Shown here in pieces: positions 11,330-23,182 of a stretch of 64,000 bases of DNA. Position 1 is the stretch's first letter; every line of letters begins with the position of its first letter. This DNA is from Chiloscyllium plagiosum (Eukaryota). The notes beneath the pieces are model-generated. The model was not told where the DNA came from. It made no database searches and saw only the letters and a list, made by a program, of their open reading frames with translations. The DNA is taken from contig NC_057719.1 of NCBI RefSeq assembly GCF_004010195.1, positions 93,761,076 through 93,825,075 on the forward strand. Reading direction: 5' to 3'. Position numbers and translations under genes: made by a program.

Positions 11330-12950
11330 TATTCAGGATCACTGCAGGAGGATAGGAGGATAGAGGAGAAATTGCGGGAGCCCTGATTGGCTCTTTTCCA
11401 TCATCACTGGCTAACATGCTGAGCCCATTTTCAAGAAAGGCTACAAAGATAAACCTGGGCATTAAAGACCAGCAAACCTAAAATCTAGTGGGTGGTTACC
11501 TGAGAAAATTCAGAGAGATTGGGTATACCTGCATTTGGAAAGACAGGGTGTGATTCGGAGTAAGATTTGAATGGTTCTGGAAAATCAGGGCAGGTCATGC
11601 AGCATCCGAGGAGCAGGAAAACCGATGTTTCGGGCGAAAGCCCTTCATCAAAGTCAGCACGGCAGTTTGTGCAAAGGAGATCATGACTCACAATTTTGTT
11701 GGAGTTTTTTGATGAAATGACAAGCAACGTTGAGGAGGTCCGGGTACTATACGTAGTCGAGATGGATTCCAGTAAAACCTTCAATAAGGTTCCACATTGT
11801 ACGCTGCTCTGGAAGGTTAGGTTGCATGGAAATGAGGGGGAGCTGGCAAATTAGGTACAAAATTGCCTTGATGGTAGGAAGCAGAAGGTAATACTGAAAA
11901 AATGTTGCTCAGACTGGAGGCCTGTGAATAGTGGAATGCCTCAGGGGTTGGTGTTGGGACCACTACATATTACATATATATATGATTTAGATGAGAATGT
12001 ACAGACATGACTTGTAATTTTGAAGACGACATTAAAATAGGCGGCATCATGGAGAGTGGGGAAGTGATTCAGAAATTTCAGACATTACAGCAGTATGTTG
12101 ATCAGCTGGAGAAGTGGGCTGAGAAATGGTAAATGGATTTTAATATAGATCAGTGTAAGTTCCTGCATTTTAGAAAGTCAAATCAAGGTTGGAGTTTCCT
12201 GGTGAATGGTTGGGTTCGAAGGAATGTAGTGGAACAGAGGGAACTTGGAATTCAGATGCATGGTTCTCTGGAAAATGATTCAGATGTAGACAGGGCAGCG
12301 AAGAAAGCTTTTGGCTCACTGGCCCTCATCAGTGTATATCACTGAGTATCGAAATTAGGGAGTTACGTTGCAGTTATGCAGGATGCTGGTGAGGCCATTC
12401 TGGTAGCATGATGTTCAGTTTTGTTCACTTTGCTATAGGAAGGATGTTATTAAACTGGAAAGGGTGTAGAAGAAATGGACAAGGATGTTGCCAAGGTCTC
12501 AATGATCTGAGATATAGAAAGAGGTTGGACAAGCTAGGACTTCTTACTTTTGTGTGCATGAGGCTGAGGGAGGATCATATTGAGGTTTATAAGATCATGA
12601 CAGGCATGGATAGAGTGAATTCAGCCAGTCTTTTTTCCCAGGATTCGGCATTCACAGACTAGAGGGCATCAGTGAAAGAACAGAAGGGAAAGAGTAAAAG
12701 AGAACCTGAGGAACAACTGTTTAACACAAGGGCTGGTATGCATATGGAATGAGATGCCAGGGGAAGTGGTTGAGGCGGATACATTAACAACATTTGAAAG
12801 GCATTTGGACAAATGCATGGATAGGAAAGGATGAGATTCATACGGGACAATGGCAAGGAAATGGGGTAGGCGTGGATGGACATTTTGGTCGGAATGGACC
12901 AGTTTGAGCTGAAGGGCCTGTGTCCGTGCTATCGGCCTCTATGACTCTAA
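11330..12950 (+). mobile_element. 5'-truncated CR1 (HER1-like) LINE with a nested PLE terminus at about 11575-11652
   Basis: RT motifs (MDSSKTFNKVPH, SGMPQGLVLGPL, MDFNIDQCKFLHF, LREDHIEVYKIM) and the 3' tail gctgaagggcctgtgtccgtgct...ctctatgactcta. Confidence 0.9.
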
Positions 12951-13740
12951 CTTGCCTGTCTCCCACTGAATGTTATATTGTACTTTCCAAATTCACTGAA
13001 GCTGTCTTGACACTCTAGCCTCCAGTATTCCATGATGTTTGACCAGAATGTTCAGGCATTCTATAATGTATGCAGACAGCTTGTAAAATGCACCTTATCA
13101 TTATTCCTTAAAAACTGCTTCAGACCAAGGTTAATAATTCGTCCTTCTGACCACACAACATCAAATCCGAAATAACCTGCACTTTAGTTTGCTTCACAAC
13201 ATACTCCTCAACCCTACCTCATATCCACTTATAGAATTTATTTTTGACAGCTTGAGCAGTCACTTAGTTAATGCAGTTTAGATGTAACTTGAGGCCATCC
13301 AATAAGATTACGGTATACACAATATTTGCCTTTCTAATTTCCAGCATACGATCCTCAGATTTTCTGTTAGCGTTTTAGTTTTGATATATAACACACCAAT
13401 ATTTGTTTCCCCTTGCTATCTGTAAGCTCTACATAAACTGATTCTGTGGAAGATGAGGGACAGGTCTGTGTCGTTATTAGTGATAGACCTGGACAAGACA
13501 TTCTGGGAGGCTCACCTGGACGCTGAGATGATCTGAAGAAATGTCCCGCAATACAGGACAAGCAACAATATCCTCCTCGCTCTGTCAGGATGAGAGTTAC
13601 CATATACTGTCTGCTCCCTCACACTCACTGTATATCTGTTATAGCACCTAATCCCTGAACAGGTTTCACGCTCTATCTCCAAATAAGGCTCATGCACTAC
13701 CACTCTCAGTATTGAATTCAGTAACTTTCTTCCTCAATTT
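12950..13740 (-). mobile_element. Old CR1 endonuclease-region fragment
   Basis: STESVYVELTDSKGKQIL resembles CR1 ESIWVELRNKKG. Confidence 0.6.
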
Positions 13741-14169
13741 CTCTGTCACCTACGCAATACCCCCCACACTAATAATACTATATGGATTCAAAACTGTTGA
13801 CTGACTCATTCCAGATAACTCACAACTCCCCCCACCTATACCAGCATAAACAGCAGGGTCACCCATTCCCATTCCCACTCTCCCTCCATCCCTTTCTCCC
13901 ATTCCAGGAGATGCAGCCTGGAATAGGACAGAAAATCCCAAGCCCGGTGGTAGAGTGCCCACTATCAGTTCCCTCACCCCGTCCCCCTGCCATGTGGGCA
14001 GTACTCTGAAAGAGCCGGAGAGGACTGGGATGCATCGTGAGAAGGTTCTGAAACATCCACGTCCCATCGACCATTTAGAGAGCAATGTTCAGTGAAAGAC
14101 AATTCTCCCTTTAATTCCACTGGCAGTTCCAACAACAGTCTATTCACTTCCAAAAAAAACACATTCCTC

Positions 14170-14470
14170 ACTGCACAGAGACGCAGACACAGAAATACAC
14201 AGAGGTATTTCTAAACACCCCAACATACGAACACACACAATACTACCAAGGAGATAGGCATAGACACACGTATACAGACATATACAGTCACATACAAATA
14301 GACACAAACACAGATAGAAGCACAGACTGAAACACAGACAGACAGATGTAGACACGTAAACAAGCAGATAACAAGCACATGGACACACACACACATATAC
14401 ACAAACACACACATACAGGCACACACGCACGCACACACATACAGACACGCAGAAGCACATTAAGACACAA
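14170..14470. repeat. Degenerate (CA)n/(CAGA)n low-complexity tract
   Basis: Seen directly in the sequence. Confidence 0.9.
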
Positions 14471-15289
14471 ATCGATATGGTTTTCATTTGGAAGGGGATC
14501 AAGGATTCTAGGGAGGACGCAGAAGAATGTGGTCGAGCTGCATATAAGAAATTATTGAACGGAATTTTAGACTCGATAGACTGAATGGCCTCAATCTGCT
14601 TATTTCCTTCATGTCCCTGTGGTATTATGCTATCAGGCATTCTCTTTCTGGGCCATCAGCAGAGATGTGATACATATTTGATTGGAAAGGGTCAGTGGGA
14701 ATGTGGGACAGGTTTGGTTAATCTTTATTCCTAATTATTCTGTCCTTATATCTGAAAAGAGGTGGTGATTTGTTGTTCAGTTGAGACAGTTTTAAAATAA
14801 CAGTCCCACAATGAAATAAGGATGTCTCTTTCACTTTAGCGTTGTGCTACCTGTGGTGTCCTCATCCTCAGGGATCAGTAAAGGCTTGGTTATTGAAGAT
14901 TTACAAGGCTCAGCTCGACTGATCTTTGCTGGACAGAAGGGGCAGTGTTTGTAGGGAAATGGATGGTCAGACAAACTCGGATCAGCCATGAACATTCTGA
15001 ATGGTGCAGCCGAATGGACAACGTCTGTCACTACGCCATGTGTTGTTCCCTCATTTGACACTTCGAGGCTGTTCCAGAGATATACTGCTGCCCCTACCCC
15101 ATGTCCTATTCCCTCATTCCAGCCCTCGACCCTGTTACAGGGTTGAGGACCACCCCATTCAGTCAGACAGGATCATACAAGAGACAAGATGAGACGATTC
15201 CGCCCCTCTAAGGAATTACACATGACTATAGAATGAAATAATTAGGTTCGTTTAATACATTACACAGCCCAGGAGGATGCCTTTCAAAC

Positions 15290-15930
15290 TGCCTGAATGG
15301 CTACACAAGAACAGGGAATGTGTCGCTAACAGGAAATAGAGAATCGACACAAATGTTTATTTTCAGGCTGCAAAGTTGTTATTGATGGAGTGCCTCAGAG
15401 GTCACTGTGGGGTCATCAATGACCAATAATCTGTATCAAAGATCTGGAGGAATGGGAGTATTGGTTTGGAGCTTAGTTAGCTTGTACACCAAGATGGCCA
15501 TTCAATGTGTCGTCAAATGGAGGTAGTGAGTCTACAATGCGATATAGACAGGGAAGGATATTGAGCAAAACTTCCGCATAAATAACACAAGGTAAGTTGA
15601 TTATTTTGGCATGAAGGATGAAACAATGGCAATCAATTTAAATGGAGAGAAATTGCAGAACTCTGTGATACAGGTGGTTTCCATATTTTTGGTACATGAA
15701 TCATATGAAGTCAGTCTGCAGATGCAGCAAGTGATTTGGGAGGTAAATGGAATGATGATGTTTTTGGCAAAAGGTATCAGGTTCAATCGCAGAAATGTTT
15801 AACTGCATCTGTACAGGGCGTTGCAGAGGCCACACCTGAAATAAGATGAAAGGAGATAATTCTTTTCGAAGATTTTCAAAGAGGTTTCCCTTTACTCATT
15901 CCTGGAATGCCGGCCTTTTGTTATGGAGTA
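15290..15930 (+). mobile_element. Old CR1 RT fragment
   Basis: DGVPQRSLWG, followed by INLNGEKLQNSV...LVHESYEVSLQMQQVI. Confidence 0.75.
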
Positions 15931-17579
15931 TTATCAGTTTAGATCTTAACTAAGAAATAGTATTGAACCATCCATGACTTTCTGAAAAGTTCATCAACTG
16001 GATGTGTATTATCTCTTGAAAACATTTTAAGAAAAAGATGTATTGATATTAACACACATACTATGACGACACCTAACGATATTTACAACGTCCACAGACA
16101 CATGTCTTTAAATTAAAAAGTGGGGACATTTTTTGCGATTGAAAGGAATGATGCACTTGCATATCATCTAGAATCAAGTTTTCCAGATAATTTTCCAGGA
16201 GAGCACACATGGCCCAGTTTGGTGTTCAGTCGACATTATTGTATGTTCCAACACAGAGAGGGAAAAAATGTCCCCTGGCTGAGAAGCAGCAGCCAATTGA
16301 TGCCCCTCTCTTACTTTGTTCCACCCAATAGCAAAGTGTGAGACCAGAAAATCCCTGAGTTATCTTTACCACTTGTGAAGGATTCCTGGTGAGGATTCAG
16401 TGTAATCTCTCCACTGCCTGAAATAAAGGGAATTCAGCCAAATCCAACTGTTCTAGAAATAAATCCCACGACCAGTACATTGTGTGAGCAGAATAACTTC
16501 AAAGGCAGAATAACGTTTGGGGCACTCCATCATTTTAACATTTGTTATGAGTTGAAATTTCTCTGTCCAACGTTTCTCTCGAAAATGACCTACTCTGAGA
16601 CCTATATCATTGGCCACTTAACTGAACTGGTTGCATTTAAGATTGGTGTAACCAGTGGAGGAGTGGGACTGAAAAAGGAAACAGTGACCCTCCAAATTTG
16701 CATGGAACACAAATGAGAAATTCTCAAAGGGCTGTTCAAGTGCAATTCCCTTCCCCAGACGTTTGTGGTGCCTGGATGTTTACATTTAATCAAAGTTGTA
16801 TTTGGTGACATTTGACAGACAAGTGAATTTAGGAAAATGGTATACAGACAGAAAAGTGCTGCTGAGACCACAATCACATCACCCATGATCTTTGTGCGTG
16901 GTAGAACGGTGACAAAATGGTCCACTCCTGCTGCTCAGCCCTACATTCAAATGTTCTATTCAACCCCTCACCGTTCCTGCAAGGAGCAGATCGAGGCCAC
17001 TTCCTCCAAAAACCTGGTCTACAGCAACACAGGATATCATTCATTCCCTCCAGACTATCACGCATGGTTTAGTGTGGGTTGGAAAATGTTATTGGGAAAT
17101 AGAGGCTGGGTTCAAAAGATGCCTCTGGTCTCTTTACAGAGTGTCTCCTTTCTGCAACTCGTGCTTCAGTTGTTGGTCATATTATTGGCCCAGATTCCCT
17201 GTGAATACAGCCCCCATACCTCACCCAGAGATGACTCACAAAATACTTTACTCTCTCTAATTGCAACATTCAATAATAGAACGTTCAGGAAAATTACGAC
17301 CATTAAATTTGTAATTACAGAATATGAGGACAGAAGGATCAGGATCGTTAATTCGGATGATCAAGTCATTGTATACAATCATGGCTGACCTACTATTGAC
17401 TTTAACTCCTCTTTAATGGCAAATTGGCACACCCCTTAGCTCTCTGACATGTCAAAAATCCATCTCCATTACCTTAAATACTTTCAGTAGCTCCAATAAC
17501 TCTCTAGCCCAGATAATTTCTGACAGTGATTACCCTCTGTGAGAGGAAAACACTTCCTACACATACACCGTCACCTATT

Positions 17580-18020
17580 GATATGAACAAGAGGTGAACA
17601 CAGGGGCTCAGAGAAGAGTAAATGGCTTTGATATCAAGGCAGTGTTTGACTGAGGATGACATCGAGACCACCTAATTACTTGAGCTGAATGGGAATGAGG
17701 TGTAACCTCCCACTTGTCTGGGTCTTTCAGAGCACTAAGAAAGATGCTTGTGGTCAGTGGCCAACAGTCCTCTCAGTTCTAGGACATCTCTGCAGGAGAT
17801 CCTCAGGTTAACCTCCTTAGCAAAAACATCTTCAGCTGCTCCATCAATGTTTTTCCCCATCATAAGATCTGAAGTGGGGATGACGACTGAAGATCACACA
17901 ATGCTCAGAACATTTCGTCCCTCATCAACCATTCTGTGTCCATGTCCAGCAAGACGCGGGCAACATTCCGTTTTGAGCTGTTAAAGTGCCGGTAACATTC
18001 ATGTAACAGCACGGCCAGAC
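17580..18020 (+). mobile_element. LINE family 2 RT fragment
   Basis: ALISRQCL (degenerate LDIKAAFD region) and IIRSEVGMTTEDHTML (degenerate MFADDCTMF); homologous to 45480-46020 minus. Confidence 0.7.
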
Positions 18021-19389
18021 ACTGCGCATTTCTACAGTTCAAAGAGGAGCTCACTCACCATCTCAAGCTGGTTACACACGGATATGTGGAAACCATTCAG
18101 CAAACGACTGAACAAGAAGAGTGACAGCCCATTCAATCCTCCTGCCTATCCCACAGGAAGAGAAGGGGTCTGTCAGTTCATCGAGCTGTTAACCAGGAGC
18201 AGGTAGAGCCCAATCAGACCCTTAAACCTGTTCCATGAGACCAGGAGGAAGCTAAACAGCCCCACGAGACACTTATACAGGAACAGGAGGTTGTCATTGA
18301 TAGTGCAATATGACAAACCAATGTAACTGTTTCTGCATTGATAGAGGGCTCTATGGTGTTAATCTTGGCTCCACTATTTGTAGAACGTTTGCTACTTTAA
18401 CACGAATTGCTGGAAGTGAGGAGGGAAGCCAAATGTTTTGAATCAAGTCTCAAGGAGGCATCTTCCATCTCCGAGAAGACACACCCATGTTCTCCATTGA
18501 GGTCAGATGTTGCTAGAAAGAGTTGACTCTTTTATAATGAAGGTCTTGTGCTCCTGTCGGGATTATGGATAACATGACGTTCATTGCAGGATCACACACC
18601 AGTTGAACTGTCTTCATATTTGGAGAGTTTATTCAAAAGCTTGAACTTCTCTCTCTTTCTCTCCCTCTGTCTCAATCAAAATAGGGAGTGCGTGGAGTTG
18701 AGTGGAACGTTCGTAGAGGCTCTTAAACTATCGAGAATCATGTAACCCGAGTGACAAAAATGCCATGGAATTTATCTCTGTATCAGGGCCTGTTTGGAAC
18801 ATCATGAGTGATTGTCCATCTCCCTTAAGGTTCAATGCAATCACCTCTTATTTTCTCACTGAGCTTCACTCACTGCTCAAGGTGCCTTCATCTCAGGGAT
18901 TAGTCTAGTGAAACTTCAGAGAAAGTCTATCCACAGTACCCCAAATACTGCCTCAAAAAACACTCAGGGATGATCGCAATAATTCATTTCTCTCACTTAG
19001 ACATCGCCATTTCTTTCCTGTGCCATAAAAAGCCATTTCTTCTCTATGCACTACGTCTGACATGGAATTCATAAGTCCCTTACATCCGCACATTAGCATC
19101 AATAAACCTAGCACCAGCGATGCCTATGGAGATATGCAACACTCTCGGGGAGAACTTCGATTAGATTGAATACACCCAAAATTGGGTATGGTCACTTACC
19201 TGAATAGAAATGAGCTGTAGGAATACGGGAAAGAGGCAGAGGAAGGGAGCTATCTTTACTTTTGATCTTCACTCACAGAATGTATGCAGCCCTGTTTAGG
19301 CCAATATGTTATGCTGATCTTGAACTGAGTGGCTGGTTCAACTGTTCCACAGGACAGTAAAGAGTTAAACATATGCTGGGGGTTTGTAG

Positions 19390-20033
19390 TGTTACAACAC
19401 AGGATCAATTCTCCTGCTTAATTAAAAGCAGAAACAGAGAAAAGAGTTATCCCATGCAGTAATGTGTGATAATTCTGAAAGTATAACAGAGAATAATAAA
19501 CGAACGACTGTTTACAACTTCTTCCTCTAACCTATATTTTACCTTTCCCCTCCACAATATTCGACCGATAAGATTTACAAAGCAAAACTTCTAACCTCAA
19601 AACCAGGAAGCTTTCGGTTCTACTCCATATTCCTGTTTTATTTTCTTCTTGGGGATTCTGCTTCACCAGTTGCTAATCAATAAAAGTACCTGTAAGAGAG
19701 CTATTTTTCAGTAGTCTTTGCATGCTAGTAGCTTGGTAGTTCTCCTCTCAACTGTTCAATTTTCCACGGTCTTGTACCCCCAAACCATTGGATTGTGTCA
19801 TTGGCCTTTACGATTGTCAATATACTAAATTCAAACTTGATTAGAGGTGGGTATTTTGGGGTATAATTTAAAGTGTTTTGCTGAATTTGTTTTTGGCTTG
19901 AGACAGTGAGCTAATCGAGTTTTTCAACCAAAGGTTACATTATATCTATTTTTCAGAGCACATGGTGATGTAAGGTAGTTATTGCTGGCTTTTAATTCAT
20001 TTAAAGGTACAGTACACCCACATGTTCATCACA
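19390..20033. mobile_element. Solo LTR, 644 bp
   Basis: TGTTAC...ATCACA ends; flanked by gtag/gaag (4-bp target-site duplication, TSD, with one mismatch); absent from the paralogous site near 30686. Confidence 0.75.
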
Positions 20034-21875
20034 GAAGTCACACGGAAACCTGACGAGGGAACCATGACACAATGACTTCCCTAAAGGACATGAGGCAAGC
20101 AGATGGGTTTTCATAACAAATGATAATAGTTGCTTTTAAATTCTACCAATTTCCTTCATGAGATACTTTGTGGTTCTAAATTATGAGTCAATGGCTTGAC
20201 CATCATAAACTGTCTTCCCGTATGTGCAGAGAACAAGTTAAACATCTTCAAGAGCAATTATTTAGTGACGGACATGTGGTTAGAAGGGACTTAAAACTGT
20301 TGCATCCGGATTGTACAAAATCACAAATCATGGTTTATTCAGAAGTTGCACTGAGACTGAGGACGATACTGTGGTATCATGATGGTGGTATTGGACTCGA
20401 TTGGTGGGTGGGGAGGACATGGAGATGTATGTCTGTGAAAGACAAAATGAATTATGGAGTTTGAGAACAGTCTGGTTCCGTCTCGCATATCAGTGAGTAA
20501 TTTATAAATAGTAGCTTGTTAGTTATAATTTATAAGGAAATGAATTTTTGTTTGGAACTGAAGACATTGACTTCCACTTTCCAAAATTTATATATCATGA
20601 GCAGAAATTCAGATCAACCCGGTTTAGTAGACAAATATTTATCATTGAATGAGGGAACTTTTCTAGTCCATAATCAGACAGGAAAATGTGCCTACAACAA
20701 CATGAATTGTAGCGGACAAATGGCATCAATATGTTAACAGAGAATATTATGTGTCACACAATTCAGATGGTTATTCGAGGATCAGAGAGGGCAAGTGGGG
20801 GTCATGCTGTTAATGTTGCCGATGTCAATCAACTGTGATTAAATATCATTCACTGGATTTCAATTGCAGTGTGGTTATAATATTGGAGACATGGCTGCTG
20901 AGACTGGAGGGAGGGAACATGATATTTCCCAGTCATCTGTATTGGAATGTTACTCTTTATAAATCATATGAAGATAAATTCCAGGGAGAAATTTATGAGG
21001 AATGATGAGAGCCAATATTAACCAAGCAACCAGAAGACATTGGAGCAGAAATTTGGCCATTCAGCGCATTGAGCCTGCTCCGCCATTCAATAATGGCTGT
21101 TACACTTCTCATCCCCATTCTCCCACTTTCAATCTGTAAACCTTGATCAACTTTGCAAACAAGAACCTATCTGTCTCACTCTTAAATATACTCAATGACC
21201 TTGCCTCGACAGCCTTCTGTAGCAGTGAATTCCATAGATTCACCACTCTTTGGCTGAAGACGTTCCAGCTTACCTTTGTTCTAAACGGTCTCCTCTTTAC
21301 GCTGTCCCCTCGGGACCTCGTCTCTCTTACCATTGGAAATTAATTTCCAATATCAACTCTGTCCAGGTCATTCAATATTCTGTAAGTTTCAATTAGACCT
21401 CCCAGTATCTTTCTGAATTCTATTAAATATAGATGCAGAGCCCTCAGATGTTCTTCATATGTAAAGCTTTTCATTCCTGGGACTATTCTCGTGAATCTCC
21501 TTGGAAAAATTTTCCAGAGCCAGTACATCCTTCCTGAGATATGGGACCCAAAACTGTGCACAATCATCTAGATGTGCCCTGACCAAAGCCTTATAGCGCT
21601 TCAGAAGCACATCCCTGCATTTATATTCAAACCCTCTTGAAATTAATCCCATAATTGTATTTGTCTTCATAACTACTGACAATCTGCAAGTTTACCTTTC
21701 GAGACTCCTGGACGAGAACTCCCTCGTCGTTTTGCACTTCAGATTTCTGAACTTGCTCGCTATTCTTCATGCTTGTATTCTTCCTTGCAAAGTGCATGAC
21801 GTCACACTTTCCCAAGTTATACTTCACCTGTCACTTCTTTGCTCACTCCCCCAACCTGTGAAAATCCTTCAGCAG

Positions 21876-22903
21876 GAGAAAGTGAGACCGCAGATGCTGG
21901 AGATCAGAGGCAAAACGTGTGGTGCTACAAATGCACAGCCAGTTAGGCAGCATCCGAGGAGCAGGAGATTCGACGTTTCAGCAGGAATAGGGGGCGGGTG
22001 AAATGGGGGTGAGAGATAAATAAGAGGGGCTGGGACTGGGAGGAAGTTAGCTTGGAAGGCGATATCTAGATGAAGGTGGGTGGTGATAGTGATTGGCCAC
22101 AGTGGAAGGTGAAGTGGATAGATGGGTAGGAAGATGGACAGGTAGTAAATTTCAACAGGGTGGTGCTGAGTTGGAGGGTTAGTTCTAGGATAAGGTGGCG
22201 GGAAGGGAGATGAGGAAACTGGTGAAATTGCCCTTGATACGTGTGGTTAGAGGGTCCCAACGCGGAAGATGATGCATTCTTCTTCCAGACGACTGCTGGC
22301 TAGAATGTGGCAGTGGATGAGGCCAAATACTTGCATGTCCTTGGTGCAGTGGGAGGGAGAGTAGAAGTATTCAAGCACAGGGAAGTGGGGTTGTTGGGTG
22401 TGTGTGTCTGAGAGTGTTCCCTTAACCGTCTGCAAGTTGATGTCCTGTCTCCCCAATGGAGAGGAGACCAGGAGCAATGGACAGAGTAGGTGAAGTGTTT
22501 GGATGCATAGGATATTCTTTGCCTGATGTAGAAAGATCCTTCGGGGCCTTCGATGGAGGTGAGGAGGGAGGTGTTGACACAGGTTTCATACCTCCTGTAG
22601 TGGCAAAGAAGGTGTCAGGAGTGGAAGGTGGCTTTGTGGAGGTGGGGGGGGGGGGGGGCATGAACCTCACGAGGGAGTTGTGAAGGGAATGGTCTCTACA
22701 GACTGCTGATAAGGGTCGGGAGTGAAGTAAATCTCAGGTGGTGGAGTCTGACTCTTAGTGGCGGAAATGTCAGAGGATGATGCGTTGTATCCTGAGGTTG
22801 ATGGGATGGAAGGCGAGCACCAGAGTGGTTCTATCCTTGTTGTAGTTGGAAGGGTGGGGTGCAATGGCGGAGGTGTGGGAAGTTGAGGAGATGCGCTAGA
22901 GCA
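21876..22903 (-). mobile_element. Penelope-like element 3' fragment (GIY-YIG endonuclease and pLTR)
   Basis: LLSIGETGHQLAD; FYSPSHCTKDMQVFGLIHC...RLEEECIIFRVGTL. Confidence 0.85.
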
Positions 22904-23090
22904 CCCTCCTGCAGCCGAATCACCGCTTCAGTGCTACCTGTCCCTCTATCTATTTTTGCACTGTTTGAAAACTTAGCTGGAATGCCCTCAGTTCCTTCAT
23001 GTAAATCATTAATGCACAAAATGATTAGTTGTGTTCCCAACACTGAGTCTTGTGGAACACCACTTGTCCTTGCCTGCCATCCTGAGAAGG

Positions 23091-23182
23091 GCTGGAAATG
23101 TGTTGCTGGAAAAGCGCAGCAGGTCAGGCAGCATCCAAGGAACAGGAGAATCGACGTTTCGGGCATAAGCCCTTCTTCAGGA
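23091..23182 (-). mobile_element. 92-bp PLE-terminus insertion with a hammerhead core (23153-23180) and 12-bp TSD
   Basis: atcctgagaagg at 23079-23090 and 23183-23194. Confidence 0.8.

Noticed and set aside
14140..14640. Cys/Val-rich 166-aa ORF
   Set aside because: Translation of a (TG)n low-complexity tract.
16690..17388. Octamer ATTTGCAT plus a 183-aa ORF as an immunoglobulin V gene
   Set aside because: No leader peptide, V-domain Cys/Trp pattern or recombination signal was found.
18080..18300. Degenerate tandem repeat of about 40 bp
   Set aside because: Too decayed to define units; it resembles repeated CR1 tail sequence.
18460..18620. Exon 2 of the GPR139-like gene (TGTGATCCTG resemblance)
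   Set aside because: Translation gives no TM2/TM3 motifs, and the paralog at about 29720-29870 has stops.
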